From: Candidatus Heimdallarchaeota archaeon
GTDB taxonomy: Archaea; Asgardarchaeota; Heimdallarchaeia; JABLTI01
Direction of reading: 5' to 3'
DNA length: 64,000 nt
Assembly: GCA_019056785.1 (NCBI GenBank)
Contig: DXJV01000068.1
Coordinates: 32,001-96,000 of the forward strand
Shown: positions 31,124 to 40,842 of the stretch, piece after piece
How the letters are laid out: each line of letters starts with the position of its first letter
Position numbering within the stretch: position 1 is the stretch's first letter
Made by a program: the position numbers and the translations under genes
The notes under the pieces: generated by a model
Databases searched by the model: none
What the model saw: only the letters and a program-made list of their open reading frames with translations
What the model was told of the DNA's origin: nothing

Positions 31124-31834
31124 ATGGTGGAAAAAATTACAGAAGAAAAAACACTTGTCGTACATGATTTGACTAAAATCTTTGCCCATCCATCAAAAAA
31201 AGACACCAATTTTTCTCTTTTTGCAGGTGCTTCTTTTAGAATGACCAATAATGCCCCCAATTTCTTATTGGGGGTTTCAGGTTCAGGGAAAACTACATTA
31301 CTTCGAATTCTCTCGTCGCTTGAGCCCATTAATGCGGGGGAGTTATTCTTGAATGAGATTGCCATTCATCTTCTCAGGGGAAAGGAAAAAACTGCCTTTT
31401 TACGGAACCTTGGAACTATGGATCAATTTCCGGCAAATAATCTTGCGTTGTCTCTTTCTGTCAGGCAAAATTTAGATTATACACTGACCCTTTATACCTC
31501 TTTAACACGAGAAGAACGGCAAAAACGAATTAAAGAATTCATTTCTCTCGTAGGGTTAGAACGACATCTCGAACGGCGCACTTTAGTTCTTTCAGGGGGA
31601 GAGCTCCGCCGTTTGGCTTTACTTTGTAGTTTAATCTATGAGCCTGAGTTGCTCTTATGCGATGAGCCGACCTCGCAACTAGATCATAACAATAAGCAGC
31701 TGGTTATTCGGTGCATTGAAGAACTTCAGTCTATTTCTAACGCGTTAATAGTGATTGCTACTCACGACCGGACAATTAGTAATAAAAATCCAACCTATGA
31801 GATAATTGATAGGAGGATACAAAAATGTCAGTAG
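31124..31834 (+). CDS. ABC ATP-binding protein (cassette B, NBD1)
   Basis: GVSGSGKTT, LSGGE, LLCDEPT, ATHD. Confidence 0.92.
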   Translation: MVEKITEEKTLVVHDLTKIFAHPSKKDTNFSLFAGASFRMTNNAPNFLLGVSGSGKTTLLRILSSLEPINAGELFLNEIAIHLLRGKEKTAFLRNLGTMDQFPANNLALSLSVRQNLDYTLTLYTSLTREERQKRIKEFISLVGLERHLERRTLVLSGGELRRLALLCSLIYEPELLLCDEPTSQLDHNNKQLVIRCIEELQSISNALIVIATHDRTISNKNPTYEIIDRRIQKCQ

Positions 31835-32496
31835 TTTCATTAAAGAATATTACTTATAGTGTAGAAGACAAGCATTCAAAAGAATTGATATCTATCTTGG
31901 AAGACGTTAATTTACAAGTAGCGGTTGGAGAATTCCATTTGATAACAGGCCCTTCAGGTTCAGGAAAAACCACTCTGTTACAAATCATTGCCACTATTCT
32001 TCAACCGACAGCTGGGGAGTTAACATTATTCAAAAGAAATGTTACTCGAAACAATTATTCTTCTGCAGACCTTTTCGTCATTAGACCGAAAATTGGTTTT
32101 TTATTTCAAAGTGTCTATCTACCAGAGAATTTAACAGTAAAAGAGTATTTGGAAGTTCAAACTTCGTTATCAAATATTGGTCTTATTTCTGCTAGAAGCA
32201 AGTTCAATGAACTTCTAAGTCAATTTGGAATTTCTTCAATATTAAACTGTAAGCCATCGACTTTAAGCGGCGGTGAAAAACAGCGAGTTGCTTTGGTGGG
32301 TTTGTTAGCCAGAGACATTGAGTTGCTTTTACTTGATGAACCAACGGGGTCATTAGATTATGAAAATCGTAAGAACCTTTGGGAGTTAATTTTCAAATTA
32401 AAAAAGAAATTAACGATTATTGCTGTAACTCATGATGAATCTATTGTCTCTAAAGTGGATGTGCATCACAAATTAGATTATGGTCATTTGCTTTGA
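31825..32496 (+). CDS. ABC ATP-binding protein (cassette B, NBD2)
   Basis: GPSGSGKTT, LSGGEKQR, LLLDEPT, VTHD. Confidence 0.93.
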   Translation: MSVVSLKNITYSVEDKHSKELISILEDVNLQVAVGEFHLITGPSGSGKTTLLQIIATILQPTAGELTLFKRNVTRNNYSSADLFVIRPKIGFLFQSVYLPENLTVKEYLEVQTSLSNIGLISARSKFNELLSQFGISSILNCKPSTLSGGEKQRVALVGLLARDIELLLLDEPTGSLDYENRKNLWELIFKLKKKLTIIAVTHDESIVSKVDVHHKLDYGHLL

Positions 32497-32609
32497 ATTA
32501 GCCACTCTTGTTTTCAGCTTAAAAAAGACAAGAAAATTGTGTTTGTCAATAATTTTTTATAGGAACTTTTTTCTGTCCTTTTACCATCTTTACTCTTAGA
32601 TGTGAGATT

Positions 32610-33620
32610 ATGACACACACAAAAGGGGCAATTGCTACTACAAGTTCTCATTCCGCCTTTTACAACATTATTCCTGGTGCTCTTGAGGAAGGTCTCGAGG
32701 CATATGCTATCTGTTTCGACCGCGACTGGGCATTATGGTCGCAATATCCCAAGCTTCTTGAAAAGATTCATGTTATTCGAGTGAAACATTACAATGACGC
32801 TGAGAAGATTGTAGGAGCATTCAATTCGATCGAGGAGGATGTAATTATTGTTCCCCACGGTTCCTTTGTGAGATATCTCCCGGTAAAGCACTTAAAACAA
32901 CTAACCCACCCCATTTTTGGCGGGATAAAAATTCTAGGTTACGAAGGCGATAGAGATAAAAATGCCGCACTTTTACAAGAGTCAAACATTCTTACGCCCC
33001 GCATTTTCAAAAAGCCGGCTGAGATAGACCGGCCTGTCATGGCAAAACTTCATGGCGCTGAAGGCGGGAAAGGATACTTCATTGCTGCTAATAAAACAGA
33101 ATTTCTTGCAAAGAGCAAAGATAAACAGATTGATTTTATTCAAGAATATGTCAACGGTGTTTCTATTTATGCTCATTATTTCAGCTCACCACTTTACAAC
33201 CGATGTGAACTTCTCGGGTTTGACCGGCGATTAGAATCGAATGCAAATTCGCAATTTCTTCCGCCCTTTATTCCCCCAACTTTTACTGTGGTTGGTAATG
33301 TTCCAATTGTTGTTCGCGAGTCGCTTGTTCCTGAATTCCTGCGAATGGGGCAGAACTTCGCTGCGAAAACAGGCTTGGTTGGACCGTTTTGCCTCGAGAC
33401 AATTGTTACGCCGGACTTGAAAATTTACGTTTTCGAATTTTCCGGGAGAATTGTTGCCGGCACCACCGTTTGGGTTCCTTTTGGGAATACATATGCAAAC
33501 ACTCTTTGGGGCGAACCTATGTATATGGGTAAGCGCATTGCCCGCGAAATTAAGGAAGCTTTCAAGCGTGATAAAATCGCCAATATTATTGTTGATTCAC
33601 CTAATTTGGAGGAATTATAA
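32610..33620 (+). CDS. purP: PurP-family ATP-grasp protein (formate-dependent AICAR formyltransferase-like)
   Basis: SSHSA, VPHGSF, GGKGYF, VRESL, GPFCLE, RIVAGT motifs. Confidence 0.88.
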   Translation: MTHTKGAIATTSSHSAFYNIIPGALEEGLEAYAICFDRDWALWSQYPKLLEKIHVIRVKHYNDAEKIVGAFNSIEEDVIIVPHGSFVRYLPVKHLKQLTHPIFGGIKILGYEGDRDKNAALLQESNILTPRIFKKPAEIDRPVMAKLHGAEGGKGYFIAANKTEFLAKSKDKQIDFIQEYVNGVSIYAHYFSSPLYNRCELLGFDRRLESNANSQFLPPFIPPTFTVVGNVPIVVRESLVPEFLRMGQNFAAKTGLVGPFCLETIVTPDLKIYVFEFSGRIVAGTTVWVPFGNTYANTLWGEPMYMGKRIAREIKEAFKRDKIANIIVDSPNLEEL

Positions 33621-33623
33621 GAG

Positions 33624-34886
33624 ATGATTAAAAGAGTAGAAATGCAAGAAGTAGTTGAAAGTTACCAATCAAAACCAACTATCGTTATTTTTGGCAGCCA
33701 TTCTGCTATCGAAACGGGCTTAGCATCTAAAAAGATGGGGCTAAAAAATCTGGTTGTTGTCAAACGTGGGCGAGAGCGCCAGTATCTTGCTGAACAAAGT
33801 CATCTTTTTGATGAGGCAGTAGTTCTTGATGATTGGAAAGACATGCTCGAAGCATCTGTCATTAATAAACTCAAGAAGAAAAATGGTCTTGTAATTCCCA
33901 ATCGCTCAATGGTAGTCTACTTGGGCGCTGAGAATGTCGAGAACTCCTTGGACTTGCCGCTCTATGGCAGTCGTGCTATGTTGAAAACTGAGGATCGGAC
34001 GACAAATGAAAAAGCATACATCGATCAATACGGCCTTCTTAAACGGGCAGGTATTCGTACCCCTCGAGAAATTGATAAAAATAATTTAGGAATTGTTGGC
34101 ATAGACAAAGAGGTTCCCGTGGCCCTCGTCAAGGTCCAACAAGCAGGAAATCCTCTGGAACGAGCGTTCTTTTACATCACTTCTGAGGAAGACTATTACC
34201 GGCAAGCCAAAGCATTGAAAGAAAAGGGTTTGATTAATGATCAAACACTCGAAGAAGCAAGAATTGAAGAATTCATTATTGGCCCCTACTTTAATTGTAA
34301 TGGTTGGGCCTCAGGATTAATGAAGAGCAAAGCCACACCGTATGAAAGCCAAAATGGCATTTCTTGGTTGAATCTGGAAAACGATCCGTTTGAAAATCCG
34401 GCGACTGACTGGGATTTTGTTGGTTTTGGTCAAAGGTTACAAACGAACAGTAGCGGCTTTCTCCACTTGCCGGCAAAAATACAACTCCAAATTGGAGAGA
34501 AAATTAAGATAAAGAACGAAGAAATTGGTCATACAATGAGTACGATGCGGGAATCCAAAATGAATGAAGTTGTCGGCTCTATCCCGCAGTTTTTAAAGAC
34601 AGCCGAAGAAGTTTACCCGCCGGGAATGATTGGGTTATTCGGGCTACAAGGTGCTGTCCCCATAAATCCCAAGACAAACCGACCCGAATGGGTTGTCTTT
34701 GATGTAAGCATGCGTGTTCCTGGCGACCCTGCTATTGCCGCAAGCCCGCAAATGAATAGCTTAACAATAAAATATCAAAAATATTTACCAAAAGGTGTTA
34801 CCTACATTACTTCTCCCCTCGACCTTCCTATGATAGAAATTTTACAGGCTTTCAAGACCAATCAACAAACAAAGATTGTCACCTGA
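33624..34886 (+). CDS. Second, divergent PurP-like protein
   Basis: GSHSA, PNRS, ERAFF, TMRES, PPGMIGLFGLQ, FDVSMRVPG motifs. Confidence 0.85.
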   Translation: MIKRVEMQEVVESYQSKPTIVIFGSHSAIETGLASKKMGLKNLVVVKRGRERQYLAEQSHLFDEAVVLDDWKDMLEASVINKLKKKNGLVIPNRSMVVYLGAENVENSLDLPLYGSRAMLKTEDRTTNEKAYIDQYGLLKRAGIRTPREIDKNNLGIVGIDKEVPVALVKVQQAGNPLERAFFYITSEEDYYRQAKALKEKGLINDQTLEEARIEEFIIGPYFNCNGWASGLMKSKATPYESQNGISWLNLENDPFENPATDWDFVGFGQRLQTNSSGFLHLPAKIQLQIGEKIKIKNEEIGHTMSTMRESKMNEVVGSIPQFLKTAEEVYPPGMIGLFGLQGAVPINPKTNRPEWVVFDVSMRVPGDPAIAASPQMNSLTIKYQKYLPKGVTYITSPLDLPMIEILQAFKTNQQTKIVT

Positions 34887-34952
34887 AATGCTTTGAATTA
34901 AAAGAAAAAACGAAGAGATGATAAAGTATCTCTTTTAAAAGAGATTCTAACT

Positions 34953-36842
34953 TTAGTCATCCTCTTTTTCTACATCAATGGGTATGTCCGGGATCTTGAA
35001 TTCTTCTTCGAGGTCTTCTTTCTTCTCCTCTTCTTTTTCCTCCTCTTTGACTTCTTCGAGTGTAGGCACTTCTGGAATCTTTAGCGTTTCTTCTTTAACT
35101 TCGGGTTCAGGCTCAACAGGCGGTTCTCCTTCAGGTTGGCTTAATGCACTTTCCTCGATTTTTTCCAGTTTCTCGATGATTTCTTCTTTTTCTTCTTCTA
35201 TCTCCTCTTGTTGCTCCAGATAGAACTCTGTTAACTCATCTTCGATTGTCTGAATGCCCTGGACCACTTGTTGTTTCAGAGCATCTTGCACTTCGATGAT
35301 GTCTTCTTGAAGTTCTCTTAGCTCTTCTCTTTTGGTCTGCAACGAAATCAGCGATAAAAGTTCTTCTTGAGTATCTCTAAGAGTGTGCCAATCCTTGTAA
35401 CGATCAAAGGGATATTGCAATTTTACTCGCGCAACAAGACGTGAGCTATCGCCTTCTATCCAGGTGCTTTTTGACCAAAGGTTCGTTATTTGCTGTTCAC
35501 CTTTGTGTTCTCTATTTCGAAGGTTCCAAAGAATCCGTAAGCGGTCAAAGGTTAAATGATGCATTTTTAACAATTCTTCTGCGCTTTTTTCTTCGAGTTC
35601 TTCCCAGAGGGCCATTTTTTCTTCCCAAGTTCTATTCCGCGACCAGACCATGAGTACAATAAACATTGGGATTACAATAAATGCTCCGATTTGTGATAAC
35701 AATTGATAGCCTGGACTTAAAGCTGTGAGATCCAGAATGGCAATATTAAATCGCGCAAGGATATAGAGTGTATAAGCCGCAATTACTATTATCCAGAGGG
35801 AAACATTAATGTAGATATTTGAAAAGAAACGAATGATAGGGCTTGGTTTAATATAGACCCGGAAGGCATGCCAAGAACGGTCGATAAGGAACCAGGGATG
35901 CTCTTTTCTCTCATCATCTGGCATAAAAGCAAGCTTTTCTTTGGGGACAAACATCGTTTTATAATGGAAGTAATCGAATTGTGCGCCGTCCAATACCCAC
36001 TCACCAGCATCATTCTTAACAAGGAAGATGAGTAATGGAGCATAGTCCATGGGGTGGGAGAAGCGTTCAACAAAGGATTTTTCACCCCTGAGATAGAAAT
36101 CTGCACCGATAAAGAGGATGATTATTCCAAGAAGCAAGGAAAGCCAAGCACTAATAGGTATCAATGCAAAGAAATCTGTTTTCCCGGCTATTTCTAAAAT
36201 GGCGTATTCCAATCCCGTCGTCCAGAAGAGTATACCCGGGACAACAAAACCCACCATACTATCAGGCACCGTTTTCCAATTTTTAATGCCAACAATGTTA
36301 CGTTTTATCATCCCTTCAAATACCGTCCAAATCCCTAGGCAAATGAAGAGGGTGCCAGCAACTAATAACATCAAATATTTAGTCAAAGAATCTGCTGGGC
36401 CAACGGGATAGAGTTCTGAAAACTGCCACAAAAAGAGTGTTGCGATGAAGAAAGGAACGCTTAAGAAAATAAACTGAAAGGGGAATAATTGCCGCGTCCA
36501 AAGAATAAAATATTGCAATGAAAGGGTTTTCGCTTGGGCCGGGCTGGAGGCATCTCCAATTACTCTGAAGAACGTTCCGCCGCCGATTTTCCAGCGCTTT
36601 AATTCAGTTTGTAATTCACGAGTTCGCATGGTTACTTTTGGGCGAAATCGGTGTTCAATCTCGAGAGTTTGATCTGTAAGGTCATAATTGTCTTCTTTTA
36701 GATTAAGATAAACTTCTGCTCCTTCTTCGGGGCGAAGTCTGAAGAGGGCTTTTTTAAGCGTTTCTGTTGGCCAATCATCAAGGCTGTCATAAAACACCTC
36801 TTTCAGATCCTTGATAGTTGGTTCTTGCTCTGTTTCTACCAT
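34953..36842 (-). CDS. Hypothetical multi-pass membrane protein with coiled coil and very acidic C-terminal tail
   Basis: About 6 TM segments; E-rich C-terminus. Confidence 0.75.
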   Translation of the reverse strand: MVETEQEPTIKDLKEVFYDSLDDWPTETLKKALFRLRPEEGAEVYLNLKEDNYDLTDQTLEIEHRFRPKVTMRTRELQTELKRWKIGGGTFFRVIGDASSPAQAKTLSLQYFILWTRQLFPFQFIFLSVPFFIATLFLWQFSELYPVGPADSLTKYLMLLVAGTLFICLGIWTVFEGMIKRNIVGIKNWKTVPDSMVGFVVPGILFWTTGLEYAILEIAGKTDFFALIPISAWLSLLLGIIILFIGADFYLRGEKSFVERFSHPMDYAPLLIFLVKNDAGEWVLDGAQFDYFHYKTMFVPKEKLAFMPDDERKEHPWFLIDRSWHAFRVYIKPSPIIRFFSNIYINVSLWIIVIAAYTLYILARFNIAILDLTALSPGYQLLSQIGAFIVIPMFIVLMVWSRNRTWEEKMALWEELEEKSAEELLKMHHLTFDRLRILWNLRNREHKGEQQITNLWSKSTWIEGDSSRLVARVKLQYPFDRYKDWHTLRDTQEELLSLISLQTKREELRELQEDIIEVQDALKQQVVQGIQTIEDELTEFYLEQQEEIEEEKEEIIEKLEKIEESALSQPEGEPPVEPEPEVKEETLKIPEVPTLEEVKEEEKEEEKKEDLEEEFKIPDIPIDVEKEDD

Positions 36843-36845
36843 GGT

Positions 36846-37283
36846 TTATTTCATCTCCAATTTAACTCTTAATCTTTTTCCGAGGTCGTCATTGTTGAGG
36901 GCAAGAATTCTAATTGCCAGGTGGGCAGCGTTTTTCCCATTATCTATACCCACTGTGGCAACCGGAATGCCCGAAGGCATCTGGACAATGGACAACAATG
37001 CATCCAGTCCGCCCAATTTGGCTGAAACGGGTACACCAATGACTACTCGTTTCGTTTTACTCGCACAAACACCTGGCAAGGCAGCGGCCAAGCCTGCAAT
37101 TGCGATTATCACTTTTGCAGGCGTTTTCGACAAATAGTCATCAAGTTCCTTGGCATTTCGATGAGCTGAAAGAACAACCGCCGTATGAGGGACTTCAAAT
37201 TCTTTCAAAATGGCGACGACTTTTTCAACAATCTCATTATCTGATTTCGAGCCAGAAATAATCGCTACAACTGGTTCCGTCAT
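36846..37283 (-). CDS. purE: AIR carboxylase PurE (probably class II)
   Basis: [37 protein letters not shown]. Confidence 0.93.
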   Translation of the reverse strand: MTEPVVAIISGSKSDNEIVEKVVAILKEFEVPHTAVVLSAHRNAKELDDYLSKTPAKVIIAIAGLAAALPGVCASKTKRVVIGVPVSAKLGGLDALLSIVQMPSGIPVATVGIDNGKNAAHLAIRILALNNDDLGKRLRVKLEMK

Positions 37284-37350
37284 AATTTTGTTTTCCTCGC
37301 CTTTTTTTTGTATCTTTTATTTGTTTTTTACTATCTTTTAACCTTTCTAG

Positions 37351-38280
37351 TTAATTCTTTCGTAAAAATTTCAATAACTCTCTTCTCGTTTGAGGGCCGC
37401 TTCTTGCGCCAATTTCTTGAATACAGATAGCTGAACAAGCAGCGGCAATTCGCCCCACCTCTTTAAGCGCTCTTTGACGGATGAGGCCATAAAGCATACC
37501 TGCTGTAAATGCATCACCCGCTCCGGTAGTGTCTCGCACCTGAACATTGAAGCTTGGGATCGTAAGGCGCTCTTTATAGGAAAAGAGCATTGCCCCCTCC
37601 TTCCCTTTCGTTACCGCAATAATTCTTCCTTTCTTCTCTCTGGCAAAATTACTGGCAACTTCTGAAATCTCTTCTTCAGTGCACCGGAATATCTGACCAA
37701 ATTCTCTCTGACTTGCAACGAGAAGGTTTGCATGTTGTGCCAGCCGGAAAGCACGGCTTGGGTTTTGGGCGATGAGTGCTCCTGGGCTAAGGGCAAAATT
37801 AATCTCAACCTCACTCTCGAGAAGGGCTTCGATGGCACTAACATTACGTAAATCTGAAAGGGAGACCCATTTAGCCTTCGAAAAGAACTCCACAGGCAAT
37901 TCTTCAGGTGTTATTGTGTCTGCAGCGCCACTATAAGCAAGAATAATTCGTTCACCACTATTATCAACACAAATGTAACAAGAGCCGGTATGTGTTTGCT
38001 CTGAAATAATTAATGTGTCATCAATATGCACTCCTTCTTTCTGCAAGTCATCACGTAACATCGTTCCGAAATAATCATTCCCAATTTTCCCAGAAAAGGC
38101 TGTTTTTAACCCTAAGCGACTACAAAGAACTGCCACATTTGCTGCCGCACCACCTGGAAGCATCTGAAATTCTCGGACAAAAGCCTCACTATCTTTTTCG
38201 GGGAATTCATCAACTTGAGCAATCATGTCAATTAATACTGCACCTATAGAAATGACATCATAGACTTCTGTCAAAGACAT
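37351..38280 (-). CDS. PfkB/ribokinase family carbohydrate or nucleoside kinase
   Basis: GGAAANVA, DTTGAGDAF motifs. Confidence 0.92.
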   Translation of the reverse strand: MSLTEVYDVISIGAVLIDMIAQVDEFPEKDSEAFVREFQMLPGGAAANVAVLCSRLGLKTAFSGKIGNDYFGTMLRDDLQKEGVHIDDTLIISEQTHTGSCYICVDNSGERIILAYSGAADTITPEELPVEFFSKAKWVSLSDLRNVSAIEALLESEVEINFALSPGALIAQNPSRAFRLAQHANLLVASQREFGQIFRCTEEEISEVASNFAREKKGRIIAVTKGKEGAMLFSYKERLTIPSFNVQVRDTTGAGDAFTAGMLYGLIRQRALKEVGRIAAACSAICIQEIGARSGPQTRRELLKFLRKN

Positions 38281-38308
38281 TCACATCCTATTTACTTAAA
38301 AGACAAAA

Positions 38309-39766
38309 TCACTCTTTTAAAGTTCTTCTGTTCCTAAACTTTTCTCTTTTTCGTGAGGGGTTGATATCACTTGGTCTATTTGGCAGGGCGAAAAATATTG
38401 GCAAGAGGATAGTCATTCCGCCTATCAGAATAAACATCGGCGTAAGAAAGCCATAGGGTTGAGGGATCGCATCATACAAGAACCCGGCGATAAACCCTCC
38501 GGGAAGCCAACCTATTGAGCGGAAAATGGCAATTGAGTTATAGACCTTACTTTTCCGTTCACGATTGACGTTCGTGAAGAGAGCAATTGTTGAGGGAATC
38601 CACAAGGAGATTGAGATTCCCAGTAACACACGAGCGAGTATCATTATCCAATAAAACCAGGGGAAAAAGGTGAAACAAATAGACAAAATCACCCAACCCA
38701 ATCCGCAGAGCTCCGAAATAAACAAAAAAAGCTTTGCGCCATGCTTGTCGATGAACCGGCCAAAATACATAAACAATAAGACGGTTAAACTGGTGATCAT
38801 TGTTAGAAGGCTGATGTCTTTATCAGTAAATGCGTAGGGGCCAAATAGGTCTTCATCTTGCAGCCCCGCCCAGTGTACGCCCATGGCTATAGACCATAAA
38901 AAGGCGTCCAAAAGAAAGGCAAAGGAAACCTTCAAAACCCACTTGTTTTTAAAAGTCTCAACAAAGCCTTTGAAAAAGTTGCTCTTTGTTTGGGGGAGTA
39001 TTTTTTCGATGTGTTTTTCCGGTGCGGGTTCTTCCTCTTTAGGTTCTGCCGCCATTTGTTCCTTTTTCTCTTTTGTTTTTATTTCCTCTTTTAATAGCTT
39101 TTTTGACGGATCAGTTACCGTTGCGACCATTACTATTGCAATAATTGAATAGACTATTGCCCCATAGAGATAATAATAGGCACGCTCTTGATTGGTGTAA
39201 CTAACGCGCATAACATAGGTAAGAATGAAAATAAGTACTGCAATCAGCACCTCACCAAAGAGTCCAAAAAAGGAGATAAGGGAAGCAATCGCTCCTTTCT
39301 TTTTTTCTCCTGCTGTCTCTGTTAAAATAATATTCGCAGGTGATTCATTAATCGACAATGCTAAGCTTAAAATTAACGAAGCAAAGATCACCCAACCGAT
39401 GTGTTTTGGTGTAAAAATAAAGACTGTGAAAGCAACCGCCATGAGGATTTGACCAAAAACCCATGTGCCTTTATAGCCTATGAAACCATTTAAAAAATCT
39501 GACAGGATTAAACCCAAAACAGCTAAAATCGAAGCGACAGTTGCAACAATACCAAACAACTTTTCAGAATCTTTAATCTCGAGAAAATACAAGCTGTAAA
39601 AAATAAAGTGAATAATATTGGCTGAACTTACAAAAAAAGCGGAGATTGTTAGGAATTGAATATTGCGTTTTCTTTCCTTTTTTGTTAGCAACTGTATCCC
39701 GGCTGTAGGGTCCTCTTGCGTTTTCATTGCGAGTTCTTCATCTTTTAAATACTCAGCCATTTGCAA
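38309..39766 (-). CDS. MFS transporter
   Basis: About 12 TM segments with central hydrophilic loop, GRFIDKHGAK. Confidence 0.85.
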   Translation of the reverse strand: MQMAEYLKDEELAMKTQEDPTAGIQLLTKKERKRNIQFLTISAFFVSSANIIHFIFYSLYFLEIKDSEKLFGIVATVASILAVLGLILSDFLNGFIGYKGTWVFGQILMAVAFTVFIFTPKHIGWVIFASLILSLALSINESPANIILTETAGEKKKGAIASLISFFGLFGEVLIAVLIFILTYVMRVSYTNQERAYYYLYGAIVYSIIAIVMVATVTDPSKKLLKEEIKTKEKKEQMAAEPKEEEPAPEKHIEKILPQTKSNFFKGFVETFKNKWVLKVSFAFLLDAFLWSIAMGVHWAGLQDEDLFGPYAFTDKDISLLTMITSLTVLLFMYFGRFIDKHGAKLFLFISELCGLGWVILSICFTFFPWFYWIMILARVLLGISISLWIPSTIALFTNVNRERKSKVYNSIAIFRSIGWLPGGFIAGFLYDAIPQPYGFLTPMFILIGGMTILLPIFFALPNRPSDINPSRKREKFRNRRTLKE

Positions 39767-39858
39767 GTTCTCCTCAACTGCCCGGGAAAGAAGCTAAGAA
39801 AAGCTTCTAAGGAAAAATTTGTTCAAGGTTTAAATTTTTTCTCTTTTGTTTTCATAAC

Positions 39859-40842
39859 TTAGGTAAGCGAAGCTGCCTTTTGCCTTAGAATCTTTCTGTA
39901 TTTCTTCTGACGATTTAGAACATTCTGAAAATCTTCAGAATTGAGTTCATGAAGTAAATCATAAAATACTTCCCGTTGCGCCATTTCTTCTTCCGGGAGC
40001 CCCTTTATAAACTGCTCATAATCTGGAAATGATCGAAAAAGATTGATCAACCCCTCTATTGACCGACCGGAATAAGCGACCGTTGCAGGCTTCAAGGAAT
40101 ATTCATTCCCATTAAAAGAAACTGCAAGGCCACCATTGTCACGAACAAATTCAAGCATCTGGATGTCAGTAATACTATCACCAACAGCAATTGCTTCATC
40201 TGCCCTCTTTCCAAGAGAAGCCAAAATGTCTTTGACGTACTTACGCTTTCTTCCGCCACCACAAACGATTGTACGCTGAAAAAGTGCTCCGAAAGGCGAT
40301 TGGGGCATTTTTTCGAAGAAGAAACGGTCGAGTTCACTCTTCACAGCGGGTAAGCCTTCTCGAAGATATTTTGGAAAAATCTCTTCAAACAATTCATTTA
40401 AGAGACTTGTATCTTTTGGTTTGAGATGGAAGTCAAGGGTTGTACATCTGACATTCTCAATTGGATGAGCCAATTTTCTCGCAATAGTGTGAGCGTGTTG
40501 TGTATAGCTTGTAGAAATAATGTAAGCGGGGACTTTTTCCTCATGGAGATAATCGAACAATTTCTTAGCGCCGGGCGTTAGCTCTGCGTTCTGAGAAATT
40601 TCAAGCAAGAGCTCTTCATCCCCGTAAGAAACAATTATTGGTGCAATTAATTTGAGTGTATCTCCTGGCCAGTAATCTTTTTTTCTATCTACTAAGAAGA
40701 GCTCATCGTCATAAAGGCTGATCATTTTAAAAAGTTGATAGAAATCTTCTTGCTTTCCTAAGCTCTTGCCAATGGTCGCCAGCACATCGGCTGCGTGATC
40801 TATTGGGCAGAGCGGCCCTTCAAGGTCGAAAAAGATTATCAT
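39859..40842 (-). CDS. HAD-superfamily hydrolase (COG4030-like)
   Basis: DLEGP motif I, ISTSY motif II, GDSITD motif IV, FNGNEY. Confidence 0.8.
   Translation of the reverse strand: MIIFFDLEGPLCPIDHAADVLATIGKSLGKQEDFYQLFKMISLYDDELFLVDRKKDYWPGDTLKLIAPIIVSYGDEELLLEISQNAELTPGAKKLFDYLHEEKVPAYIISTSYTQHAHTIARKLAHPIENVRCTTLDFHLKPKDTSLLNELFEEIFPKYLREGLPAVKSELDRFFFEKMPQSPFGALFQRTIVCGGGRKRKYVKDILASLGKRADEAIAVGDSITDIQMLEFVRDNGGLAVSFNGNEYSLKPATVAYSGRSIEGLINLFRSFPDYEQFIKGLPEEEMAQREVFYDLLHELNSEDFQNVLNRQKKYRKILRQKAASLT

Noticed and set aside
36846-37283. LarB (PurE homolog) serving the nearby LarA
   Set aside because: Short length, SAHR and SIVQMP motifs, and purine context indicate PurE.
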